DNA of 64,000 nucleotides from Priapulus caudatus (lineage: Eukaryota): NCBI RefSeq assembly GCF_000485595.1, contig NW_014577084.1, positions 739,730-803,729 of the forward strand, given 5' to 3'. Below the pieces are notes generated by a model. That model was not told the DNA's origin and did no database searches. It saw nothing but the letters and a program-made list of their open reading frames with translations. This document shows positions 13,611-24,846 of this stretch, piece after piece (within the stretch, counting starts at the first letter, position 1; every line of letters starts with the position of its first letter). The translations under genes and the position numbers were made by a program.

Positions 13611-13691
13611 GATTTAGCACGAAGAAAGAAGCGTATGGAGAATCCAACTCATGAGGACTTTGATGAAGATGTGGGAACATCTACAGCACAG
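13611..13691 (+). CDS. MRPL46: MRPL46 coding exon 3
   Basis: gattttgtag| acceptor, CAG|gtaaca donor, phase 0/0; DLARRKKRMENPTHEDFDEDVGTSTAQ joins to DFED to give the conserved TAQDFED. Confidence 0.88.
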
Positions 13692-13975
13692 GTAACAGTA
13701 TCATTTGGGGGAGTTTTTCAATCGTTGTCTCAGATATTTGTCTCAGATATATTAAATCTATTGGAGATACTCTTGAATGTACCCTTGAGCATGTAAAAAT
13801 CATACATAAAAAATTAGGGAATACGGTTATACCATAGTATAGATGTACACACATGGGTATTGGCTGTATAAAGCATAATGCTTTGAGCTAGTTTAATACA
13901 AATAAAAACTTCGAAGAATGAGGTTTGTGATTAATATATGTATGAGTAAAATGTGATGTTGTGGACACTTTGCAG

Positions 13976-14461
13976 GATTTTGAAGATGCTGGTGTGGAAG
14001 AATTTCAGAACTTTACAGTGACTCCACGCACCACTGAAGCTGACAACACCAACAACAGACGCTCCCTTAAACGCAAGCTTGATCGGAAGCTATTTCTAGT
14101 TGTAAAGCAGAAGCTTGGGAAGAACGAAGAGTGGGTGTTCCCTATGGGTGCAAATAAGGATGGTCAGTCATTAAGGGAAACAGCAGTAGCAACTTTATCG
14201 AGCACCTGCGGTGAGGATGTAAAAGCTCAAGTAAATGGCAATGCTCCTGTGGGATTTTACAAGTATAAGCTTCCATCGGGCAGTGCTACCACTGATGGGT
14301 ATTTTGGAGCCAAGATATTCTTTTACCAGGCTCAGTTTCTAGGGGGTGTGCCAAAGAACGGTAATGGTATTGTGGATCACTTGTGGTTGACTCAGGAAGA
14401 AATGGCTCAGTTACTTAATAGAAAATATTTTTCAGCTATTAGCAACTTCATTTTTGAATGA
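13976..14461 (+). CDS. MRPL46: MRPL46 coding exon 4 (Nudix-like fold, stop)
   Basis: tttgcag| acceptor; PRTTEAD..NRRSLKRKLDRKLFLVVKQKLG..W.FP..SLRETA..GNAPVGFYKYK..GAKIFFYQA is typical of mL46; TGA at 14459-14461; AATAAA at 14783. Confidence 0.93.
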   Translation, partial: DFEDAGVEEFQNFTVTPRTTEADNTNNRRSLKRKLDRKLFLVVKQKLGKNEEWVFPMGANKDGQSLRETAVATLSSTCGEDVKAQVNGNAPVGFYKYKLPSGSATTDGYFGAKIFFYQAQFLGGVPKNGNGIVDHLWLTQEEMAQLLNRKYFSAISNFIFE

Positions 14462-16052
14462 GAAATGTGAATACCTAGCTATGACTCATAAAAGTATTAT
14501 ATTGTAGGATGCTTTTTATAGCTAAATACTGCAATTGTATAGATATTATTCATCACAGTAATTTGGTTTTTGCATCAAAATTTCCTAAATGTTCTTAATT
14601 TACCAGTACCACAACACTACAATAATATGTGTGATTACATCGAATACATTTTTAACATGAAATGGTGATTCTTGTGCATTTCTTGCCATTCTAAATGGAT
14701 ACTGTGCAAATAGTATAGTCAACATCTCACATAATGTAACGGTACGTCTACACGTCGTATATTTAGCATAGTTTAATTGGTCAATAAAACCTATTGATTT
14801 CTACTTATCATGAACTGCTCCTAGGCTGTATAACGTATCACCATCTTTATCGTACAAACTGTAAAATACAAAAAATATGTATCTGTGTAAACTATCTTGC
14901 ATATATGGTACGTACCAAGGAAATTTCTGATTGGAAACCAGTCTGTATGCTGCACCGATTTTATACCGTTTATTTCTACTGGAATGTGACTATGGGGCAC
15001 AACTGTAGTTTATGCGGTATAACCGTATGTTTTATTATGTATGGCATACACATGAAGCCTACATCCAATATATCATTATGGGTAGGCTAATTAATGAAAT
15101 ACACCTTTCACTGCATGGTCGTAAACACAACAACAAAAACGGGTACTAAACTTTACCCGTACTAAACTCTACCCGTACTAAACGGGTAGCGATAACACTT
15201 AAAATATATAAAAAATCAACTTGATCAATAAACTTAATTGCTACCGGTAAATGTCATGATAATACAAATTCGTTGCAGCTAGTTTTATGGCTTTCCAATC
15301 AGGAAAAAATACTTTTTTTCACGGGAGCTCTTTTTCAAGTCTGTGGGAAAAATAGCTCTCGTCAATAATTTTACGGGAGCTAGTTTGAGCCTCACGGAAG
15401 CGATTTCGGAGGTTTGATGAGCGAATCTCTCGTCGCTCCTGTGTATTTTTTTTACCCTGTTTCCAATATACTTTATTCTAATCTAAAAGCACATGAACTA
15501 GAATTCTTAATCTTCATACACCAATATAGCCTAAGAAAGAACCACTATTGCATTCATACATTGAGCTTGTAACATATACCCCCCCCCCCAATTAACATAA
15601 TCATACACTGAGCTGGTTATGATAGGCAAACCAACAGTATAAAAATAACAAACAATATAGGTGTTTTTAGTTACTTTGCACGAGTTATGTAACCACTGTG
15701 CACATATAGCTCATACCTTCACAAGATATGAATGCTATAATCTCATTAAAACACAACTATGTATATTACATCAAGAGAGGATAATAATTACCAGTAGTAC
15801 TCACTATAAGTATTATCTTCACTTCATTACATATCATATACGCACACACAGGTCCCATGTATTTAGAAATGTGTGAAATTACAAATCACCTGGGATTACA
15901 GCAGCTGCATGATAATTAACTACAGTTCGCTATATTTAAGGTTATTTGGCTTATGATCACAGTAGTCATACAAACCTTGCAGTTAACTTGCACATACTGA
16001 CATTCCATACTATTAGCATGTTACAATTAATACACTAGCGGATAGAAAATAT

Positions 16053-16098
16053 CAGGAGCGTATAATGGCAAACGTATATTTGTCATTATACGCTCCTG
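16053..16098. mobile_element. 46-bp hairpin with 7-bp TSD (putative P-type excision scar)
   Basis: AAAATAT|CAGGAGCGTATAATG..CATTATACGCTCCTG|AAAATAT. Confidence 0.7.
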
Positions 16099-16218
16099 AA
16101 AATATGTATGTGCGTCATATGAAATAGAATATTTTCATCTCAGATATTTTTGTCTACATTTACAGACTTTATGTCAATTTGACATTAGCCCCCAAAGACA
16201 TTGTTATTATATATATAT

Positions 16219-16967
16219 CAAGAATACATAATAGAGAAGAGTATGACACCGTCTTAACAGCGTTTTGCATAGTTTTCAACTTTTAAATATTCTATCAATA
16301 TGTTCATAAATATATTCAAACTTTACCTTGTTTTCGTCTATGATTCTCCCTTAATCATATGACACCACCAATTTACCCGAAAATCGTATGTTCTTCAAAA
16401 AAGTTCTTTGAATACGACACGGTTTCACACAGTTTTCCCAAATGATCACATGTTTTCGGCGCAAGTTTATTATCGGATTAGTGTTCTATTGTCTATGACG
16501 GAACGCTGGGGGCTGTTGGGGATATTAGGCATCGAATTGTATTCAGCGTGTAGCGTTTTCAGCGTGCTAGAAATAAATGTGTGCTCACGGCGAGCTAGCA
16601 GCCGATTTTAGCTGTGTTGCCATCGTGTTCCTGATAAGGAAGCGAAACAAGTGCTGTTACTGTGCTTACCTAATATCCCCAACAGCCCCCAGCGTCCCGT
16701 AGTTACAACCTGGTGCTGCCCGCCGCATTATCAACATGCGCTGAATACATGCGATCGTTTGGCAAAACTGTGTGAAACCGTGTCGTATTCAAAGAACTTT
16801 TTTGAAGAACACATACGATTTTCAGGTAAATTGGTGGTGTCATTAAGGGAGAATAATAGACGAAAACAAGGTAAGGTTTGAATATATTTATTCACATATT
16901 GATAGAATATTTACAAGTTGAAAACTATGCAAAACGGTGTCATACTCTTCTCTATTATGTACTCTTG
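16219..16967. mobile_element. Long-TIR MITE (CAAGA..TCTTG, P-like termini) in an (AT)n site
   Basis: Inverted arms of roughly 300 bp (16219-~16530 vs ~16668-16967), flanked by ATATATAT; lies between the MRPL46 and FOXRED1 3' ends. Confidence 0.85.
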
Positions 16968-17318
16968 ATATATATATATATATATGCGAAACATTTGCAT
17001 ACAGTCAAAATCATTAAGTAGCAAATCAAGAGCGAGTACCATTTGTTATAAATTTTTTGGTTTTGGTTTCAAACCTTGGTGCAATGAAGACCATGCTACG
17101 ATCCATTACAATCAATCTGTGCCATGTTGAAGCCTCGTAACACATTACCATCTCTGGCAGCATAAAAACGCACATGAAGCACATGCGACACTTTCCTGCA
17201 AGCACCAAAACCTGGATTTGGGTTATCAGCATTCACACGAATGCACTTCTTTTCATTTAAAACGGATGGGACATTACAATTGCCTATCTTTAAAAAAGCG
17301 CCCAAACGTAGTTAGCAC

Positions 17319-18055
17319 TCATACGACGCACTTCTCGAACTGAGGTCGATTGTCGATGACACGCTCGAACCCGAAACGCGTCAGATCGATCGTCTTGTAG
17401 CCGCCGTCAAACAACACCTCCATAACAGCTCGCCCCACCGCAGCAGCCTGCTGGATGCCGTGTCCACTGAAGCCGTTTGCGAAGATGAAATTGCCATGCA
17501 CGGGGTGCGGTCCGATGATCACGTTCTGGTCGAGCGTGTTGTAGTCGTAGTAGCCGGCCCACGCCGACTTCAGCTTGAGCTCCTCAAAGTCCGGGCAGCG
17601 GTGCGCGATCTCGGGCCACACGCGATTGTTGAAGAAGTCGTAGTCGACCGTCAACTCACTCGTATCCGGCTCGTCGTCGCTCGCCGGCGACGCTCCCATC
17701 AGGTAGTTGCCGGCAAGCCCCTCGCGGCGCAAGTACGAGCCACTCGAGTCGATCAGCACGGGGCAGTCGAGGCCGGGCCCCGTCGGCGCGTGCACCATGT
17801 AGACGTAGCGCTTGCGTGGCTCGACGGGAAGGCCGACCTTGAGCACCGAGTGCGTCTTGTGTGCGCCGACTCCGGCCATCTTGGCGACGCTACCGGCGTT
17901 GTGGCCGCAAGCGTTGACACAGATGGCGAACTGCAGCGGGTAGACGTTGTCATCATCGGCCTTGATAAGCACGTTCTTGCTCTTCATGTATGGTTCATCG
18001 GTCTCCGCAAGCATGGCGCCCTCTATCTTCTCAAACTCGAATCCAACAACTTCAC
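17319..18055 (-). CDS. FOXRED1: FOXRED1 coding exon 6 (last)
   Basis: LPVEPRKRYVY..PGLDCP..AWAGYYDYNTLDQN..GFSGHGIQQAAAVGRAV..DLTRFGFER; the six exons sum to 1455 nt = 484 aa plus stop. Confidence 0.95.
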
Positions 18056-18567
18056 CTGCGGAGTGCATTAAAACATGTGTCAGTGGTCAACTCTATAGTA
18101 CGGAAACCAGTTGACAAAGTGCATGCACTTTCCATATTTTTTCCCTGAGTGACAGTTATACAATAAAACCACCTGTATGAAGCAATTACCTGCCTATAAA
18201 GGTAAATTTTGATGTTTTCCTTGATTGACTCTTATATACTGATTTGACTGTTTATAAATCGTGCACATAATCAAAACTTGGTATAAAATTTCCTTATATA
18301 ATATACATACAACATTACATAGATCTTGTGATATGTGAGCCCCCACAGTCGCAACTTGACATTTTGAGCACCGCCTCACTGCTCTTGTAAAGTACTTTTG
18401 ACACCCCCACAAATTTGTATTCAATTCTAATCTCTGTTATGCAGCATCAAATCTTTATTTATTTATACCATATCATGATATGCATTAATATTCATTCATA
18501 TATCAATAAAATAAAGGGGCTGAGACAGAGATCAAGACAAAAGACCATAACGAGAATGTTAACACAC

Positions 18568-18720
18568 CTTTAATGTACTGCACTCCTAGGGACATGGCTT
18601 TCTTTTTGAAGGCGCTCAGTAGGGACCATGGGTCGAACCAGCCTTCATTCTCTACACCATAAGAACCCATCACTACTCCGTCTGTGTGAAGCCATGGCCA
18701 TTTGCTCTTTAACTGTGACT
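18568..18720 (-). CDS. FOXRED1: FOXRED1 coding exon 5
   Basis: SQLKSKWPWLHTDGVVMGSYGVENEGWFDPWSLLSAFKKKAMSLGVQYIK; tttttcag| acceptor, G|gtgtgt donor, phase 1/1. Confidence 0.93.
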
Positions 18721-18913
18721 CTGAAAAAGCATTATATTGCTGTTTTATAAATAATGAGTCCAACAGCTTACTCACAGTAACAGCAAATAATTACTCTGAA
18801 TTATTATGATTAAAGGGATAGTAGACTCTAGTATTTTACTGCATACAACTTGTACTTACTGTATAACAAATCGTCTATACCCACACGTACTTGTTACCAG
18901 ATACCTAATTTAA

Positions 18914-19404
18914 GGCCGCACTATGCGCATCCAAACGCTAATTTCTCCAGTACAATACTAGCAAATACTTCCTGTCATGCATAATCACACTACCTTATGG
19001 CAAAATAAACTCTAGTTCCTCCCATTTCAGTGCGCGTTTGCTTAAAACCCACAAGAAAGAGGTGCGAAATGTGGTAATCTGGCGCCAACGCTAAATTGTT
19101 TGCCAAACAATTTCGTCAAGAATCGGTTAGGTGACGCCACATGTTTTTATCTTTGCTATACCCGTACCGCTGTACCGCAGCACCGCTCCACGGTTGCTTG
19201 GCAGAGCAATGCGAAAGTGTCAACAACATCGAAGAATTTGAACAACATTGGAGGTATTTTCAAATGCCTTTTATAAGACACCGTGCAGTGAAATGGGAGA
19301 AACTAGAGTTTATTTTGTCATAAGGTAGTGTGATTATGCATGACATAAAGTATTTGCTAGTCTAGTACTGGAGAAATTAGCGTTTGGATGCGCACAGTGC
19401 GGCT
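18914..19404. mobile_element. TTAA-flanked MITE with ~120-bp TIRs, nested in a Kolobok-like element starting at 18814
   Basis: TTAA|GGCCGCACTATGCGCATCC..GGATGCGCACAGTGCGGCT|TTAA; host homology to the 6372 element resumes at ~19420. Confidence 0.8.
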
Positions 19405-21633
19405 TTAATTGTTATAATTAATTACACATCAACGCTACGAAATTTGAACGGCGCCATTGACACCCGCGACTGTGCTGCCACCCTGAAAAAGTTGCGCATT
19501 TGCCAATTTATTTTGCACGTTACAGACCAGGAATCGATCGTCAAGAATTCCCATTCGACCAGGACCACCGACGCGTGTATTTTTACCGTACCACGCATGC
19601 ACTGCAGCCCATACACAAGTTCAAACAGTTAACCTGTACCGAACCCAACAATAACTATACACCGACTCGGCTATCTTATATATACAAGAACCCCAAATAC
19701 CGTCTATGGTGTGGTGGCGATTTTACGCATTAATTAGTGGTACGGTAAAAAAACACGCCCCTGGACCTCCCTAGTTTCCCCTCCCTCCCCCCTGTTTCAA
19801 TTTCATCCTGGGGAGAACCCTGAAGCTGCATCTGACTACGTCAGATGAGCTAACAAATCGAACATATTTATACCTAAATACCTAATACATATAGCTACTT
19901 ATAGTACTACCCTCCTTCTAACACAATATATATGAGTTTTGCTCGATATCTGTTGATATAATCAAATAAATAGCCAGATATCTCTAGTCTAGGTGTTGTA
20001 CTTCCATTTAGATGGCAACTTCAGGTTCTCGTAGAATGTAGCAGCATAGTTACGTTAGCAAATAGTAGAGATGTTTCAACCGATGCAATGATTGCAGATT
20101 CCAAATGAGACAGCGCGCGTCACAGGTTAGATGGCAGATAACTCTGGCTTTAACTCAGTCGAACACATACATATATACATACTGCAGCAGCCTAGGTAAC
20201 CATGCCTAGGCTCCGCGCCTCGTCTCGATCTCTCTCCGGCTCTCTACATAGTAAATGTGTGTCTGACTAATGTGTCTTTCTGTGCCGTCACTATATCAGT
20301 CTCTATGTCTCTTATATCCACGTCCCATATATCTACTGATTCAAAGGCTTATCGGGCACTTCCACAATCCGGTCTATTGTCCAGCTGCTTATTCTAGTGA
20401 TAACACATTGTCTCTCAACGTGCGCGTGGGGCACATTGGGGGTATGTTATTACAATAATATCGAGGAGATAAACCTAAGGAGCGCTGGTCACCCAAGTTG
20501 GGGCATGTATACACAGCCACAGGCACTTGGAACATCTCAATAAACAAAATAATGGTAAATAAACACGAAATGTATTTACTACCAAAGTCTCAATGCAGTT
20601 TGTTGCAGTATTAGTCGAATTAATAACTAAACAGAGGGCACTCACGGAGAGTGCATACCTCCGCGAGTATGTAACATGTATGTGCTCGCTGGTGGCGGCT
20701 GCTGACTGACTCACCGCTCACTGGTGGCTGCTGCTGACCCGCCACTTGCTGACTCGACGCGCTATCGATCGCGCCGCCCACTCGCTGACTCGGCGCGCTA
20801 TCGATCGAGCGGTGGCTACACACACACACACACACACGTGCGCGCGCGAGCGATTGAATAATCAACCTCCGTTTGCGCGGAGGTATATAAATATATATAT
20901 ATAGCCTAGGCTATAGCTCTAGTAACTATAGCCCGCGTACAGTGGCCGCAGGCTGCGGCAGTCCTGCGGCAACTGTACGCGGGCTATAGTTACTAATACT
21001 AGAGCTATACCTAGGCTATAGCATAGGCCTGCGGCAACTGTACGCAGGCTATAGTTACTATAGAGCTAGTGCAAGCTACATTGCCTAGTATTACAATTCG
21101 ATACATATACTTGTAGTTATAGTTTCGAACAGCAACAGCTAACATATGGTGATCGATAAAGAATATACCTACCTAATACTGATAGAGATAGTGAGATACG
21201 CCCAGCGTGCAGTGTGCAAGACGTACTAGCGCCATAACCTTACAGTACAATTTCATTACAGAGATAAAAATAGACTGGTACTCGCTCCTACCTCGATTAC
21301 ACGATTAATCGATGGAATCCTAAGCCGAGAGGTGGGGGCGAGAGGTGGGACCGGGTACCAGTCTAAGGGGAGAGATATAGTGATCCGCTAGGGGGCGGCT
21401 CTGATTGGCTAATTTTGTCTCTTATTTATTTTAGTTTTTATTATTTTTGGCTAATTTTGTTTTATTTTAGAATTAGGGATAGAGAAAGGGTTAGGGGGTT
21501 AGGATTAGGATTAACTGATTACTATATCCACAACTTATTTCTATATTCACTATCTCTCCCCTGAGACCTACTAAAAATTGCTCTCTTGTTAGTTGTGGCG
21601 GCGGCGCACGCGATTTTTTTTTCTAGGTCAATC

Positions 21634-21685
21634 CTGAGAACAATATATACATATATATAGTATATAGTCTATATATTGTTCTCAG
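21634..21685. mobile_element. 52-bp hairpin with 8-bp TSD
   Basis: GGTCAATC|CTGAGAACAATATATA..TATATATTGTTCTCAG|GGTCAATC. Confidence 0.65.
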
Positions 21686-21836
21686 GGTCAATCAAGAACA
21701 TAGGGCTCTAGTGAGCGCTGCTATTGGTTGAGCCTGTTGCGTCGTTCAATGACGTCCCAGTGTCGTCATATTCATAGCACATCCAAAATCCATAACTCCA
21801 ATAATCCTCAATAGCCGAGCGAGTACAGCACGCAAT

Positions 21837-21884
21837 CAGAGCATATAAATCACCTTATATGCTTTATATGATTTATATGCTCTG
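21837..21884. mobile_element. 48-bp hairpin with 7-bp TSD (putative P-type excision scar)
   Basis: ACGCAAT|CAGAGCATATAAATCA..TGATTTATATGCTCTG|ACGCAAT. Confidence 0.7.
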
Positions 21885-22083
21885 ACGCAATTCAGGGCTG
21901 AAAGGTCGGTGGATCGAATCCCATCGGTTTTTTGAATTAATCTGTGACCACTGATTACTTTGACCGTCCCTTGAGAAGAAAAGCAACTGGGGCTGGTATC
22001 ATTCTATTTCATATAGGTAAAATTAACCCACTGTCTGAACTTTAAAATAATGCCCCTCTCACATCATGCTAACTGTCACGTAC

Positions 22084-22180
22084 CATTCAGCAAGACCACC
22101 TTGGCCCCATGTTCCTTCTGTATTGTGTGGTTCTCCTGGAGAGTCTGTACTCCAGCCTCAGAGGCAAGGAATAGATAGCC
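22084..22180 (-). CDS. FOXRED1: FOXRED1 coding exon 4
   Basis: GYLFLASEAGVQTLQENHTIQKEHGAKVVLLN; tactacag| acceptor, G|gtacgt donor, phase 0/1. Confidence 0.93.
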
Positions 22181-22315
22181 CTGTAGTACAACAAATTATT
22201 GGCATGATGATATCAAGCATGTCCTGGCCTCAGCCACCCATTATGCCAGCTTCATGAATTCAATGCAGTGGGTCATGCTCCAATATTTGATACGTAATAT
22301 CCACAGGTCAAATAC

Positions 22316-22471
22316 CTGTGGATTAAACTGGATGTCAGGTGGATCACTGTCTAAGACGCTCAGATGTTTACGGATGTTCCGGAGGAAGTCAGCGCTGAAC
22401 ATTGACATCTGAATGTTCTCTGGAGAGGAGAACTGCTGACGAATGCCTCCTACAGACAGCACTGTTGATGC
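22316..22471 (-). CDS. FOXRED1: FOXRED1 coding exon 3
   Basis: [42 protein letters not shown], a FOXRED1 signature; canonical AG/GT, phase 0/0. Confidence 0.95.
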
Positions 22472-22825
22472 CTGTTGGCAGAATCACACATTTTATTAGC
22501 ATCATAGAGTCACATACACCCCACATAACAGTTAGCTAGGAGAGTGATGATCGACAGATGCTAATACCCATTGTTAAGGACTAAAAAAGCATGTATTCAA
22601 CTATTCACTGTCAATATCACTCTCAATTGAACTGCTAGTGTACATATGCATGTTTCAAACTTGGAATATTTGTCAGGTAGAGCTGAGGCCAGAGGGCCTG
22701 GAACTAAGGAAATTTTTATTACCCCACCACACACACATATGCACGCACCTACACTCACATGCACACACTTCAGGCCCAACCTTCCAGCCCCACACTCAGT
22801 GGACTCCTACCTTCCAGAATTCTTA

Positions 22826-24329
22826 GGGGGCGTTGTCAGAAACATCGTCAAGTTAATGCTAATGTTAATGCTAAGATAACTCTTACGACTAATGTTAATG
22901 TTACGAGAGGAGCGTTGACAGAAACACATTGCAACTATTAAAAAACTTACGATAACAGGAACTTCATCACAAGGCTGCTGGTTGGATGAGAATCGATCAC
23001 AAAATTCAAATTCATACACATTTATTGTACATCACAGTAATATATGCATATTATCAAGAGCTAATAAACACCTAGAGTGTACAACGGAAAAACGGAAAAA
23101 ATAGTGCTATTTCACGGCAATATTATTCTACTTTGCCTGCTAGTCAAGAATAATTTCATGGTATTGCATTAAGCAGAATTCTTTGCTCTCTAAAACAAGA
23201 CCAACCGCTTGTCAATACGATACTCCTAGGCGAAGATATTGGCTTGTAAACTTCCCCTCCCACAGGCCTCACATCCACAATATTCACTATCCTTCTCGCC
23301 TTCTGCGGGGTAGGAAAGTCGCTTCGTGAGAGTTCGGTTTTTTTCGCGATAACTTTATGAATGAACGGCGTTTCGGTCATCATCGGTGACTTTCGGGGGC
23401 ATCGCCTATGCCCTTATCTCCCATTATCTTTCCTAGCACAGCTAATATGCCCATCATGATGGAGCCTGCAATGTTTTCTAAATTAAGTCTCTACAACGCA
23501 GCTCAGTTACTATATGGAGTAGTAAGAGTACCAAATTTGGGCATGTGGCATCAATTATCAGCGCTCCAAGCGGCGACGGAAAACGATAGCCAGGCCCGCA
23601 AAAGGCGAGAAGGATAGTGAATATTGTGGAGGCAGCGTGAGGCCTATGGGAAGCATGATTACGCTCCAATATCTCGGCCTAGGAGTATCGTAGAGACAAG
23701 CGGTTGGTCTTATTTTAGAGAGCAAAGAATGCTGCTTAAGGCAACACCATGAACTTAGTCTAGAACCGCATACAAAGTAGAATAATATTGCCGTGAAATA
23801 GCACTATTTTCCCGTTGTACACTCTAGGTATTTATTAGCTCTTGATATTATGATGGCTAACCACATATAAATAATATTAGATGAAAAACGACGCGGTCAT
23901 GAATTTATTCTGCACAACATTACTAGACAAATTCTCACACTGTAGTTAACATGAGACACGAGAGTTAAACAACATTAAAACAAGAGAACAAATGACATAC
24001 GCCATTTGTAAATGTTTTGTTTTGTTTTATGATCTGTAGTATAGATAATGAATGTTTTTGACGTGTTTCTCAAGAAAAACACATTTTATTCATGTTAATT
24101 GTAATTCGTAGTGTAAATGTGTTATTTTCATCTTAATATTAAAGTTACGAGAGAGTCTGGGCTCTCGTAATATATTTTCGGAGGATTTTTTTCGGAGGAT
24201 TTTTTCGGAGGATATTTTCGGAGGATTTTTCGTTCTCGTAAAATTACGATGTTTCTGTCAACGGTTTACGAGTGGAAGTTAATGTTAAGACTAATGTTAA
24301 GACTAATTTTGTTTCTGACAACAGGCCCC
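22826..24329. mobile_element. GGGGC-terminal (PIF/Harbinger-like) element hosting the 23055-23844 insertion
   Basis: GGGGCGTTGTCAGAAAC..GTTTCTGACAACAGGCCCC with subterminal gttaatgctaa-type repeats; TSD not clean. Confidence 0.55.
23055..23844. mobile_element. Long-TIR non-autonomous element, P/Galileo-like
   Basis: CAAGAGCTAATAAA..TTTATTAGCTCTTG termini, inverted arms of roughly 270 bp, exact 7-bp TSD ATATTAT; in FOXRED1 intron 2. Confidence 0.85.
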
Positions 24330-24357
24330 TGGATCCACCCATGCTCGCTCCACTTAC

Positions 24358-24512
24358 CTGAGTATATTTTGGGTCCTGTTCTACAACAGTGCAAGTGAAG
24401 CCTTTAGGATTTCTTTGCTTCAGCCAGTATGCAATTGCACTGCCCATGATGCCACCACCAATAATGACAATATCGGTTTCATATGGGACCTTAATGTCAG
24501 CGACTGACTGAC
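24358..24512 (-). CDS. FOXRED1: FOXRED1 coding exon 2 (FAD-binding GxGxxG)
   Basis: ETDIVIIGGGIMGSAIAYWLK..VVEQDPKYTQ; ctttcaag| acceptor, CAG|gtaagt donor. Confidence 0.93.
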
Positions 24513-24846
24513 CTTGAAAGACGCCAAAAAACAACACTTTGTAATGGTCCATGCATTGTACTTTCCACATGTATATTTGCACAGCCAGAGGCTATAAACT
24601 CAAACTGAGATCATTTGGAAGAGGGAACACAAAGATTTCCAGAAAAATCATACGTAACATGAGTAACAAATTCACTTTATTACTTTATAACAACAGAAAT
24701 TTTGCTTCATCAGCAATTACACTACATCATTAATCCTACACAAATTTTGACAGAAAGTACTACAGAAAGTTTACATTATCGGAAACTGTATCAACTTTGC
24801 AAAAAAAAAATATATACGTACGCCATTTAAGGGGGATGCTCCATTA

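Noticed and set aside
17460..18071. 203-aa plus-strand ORF
   Set aside because: Antisense shadow of the GC3-rich FOXRED1 exon.
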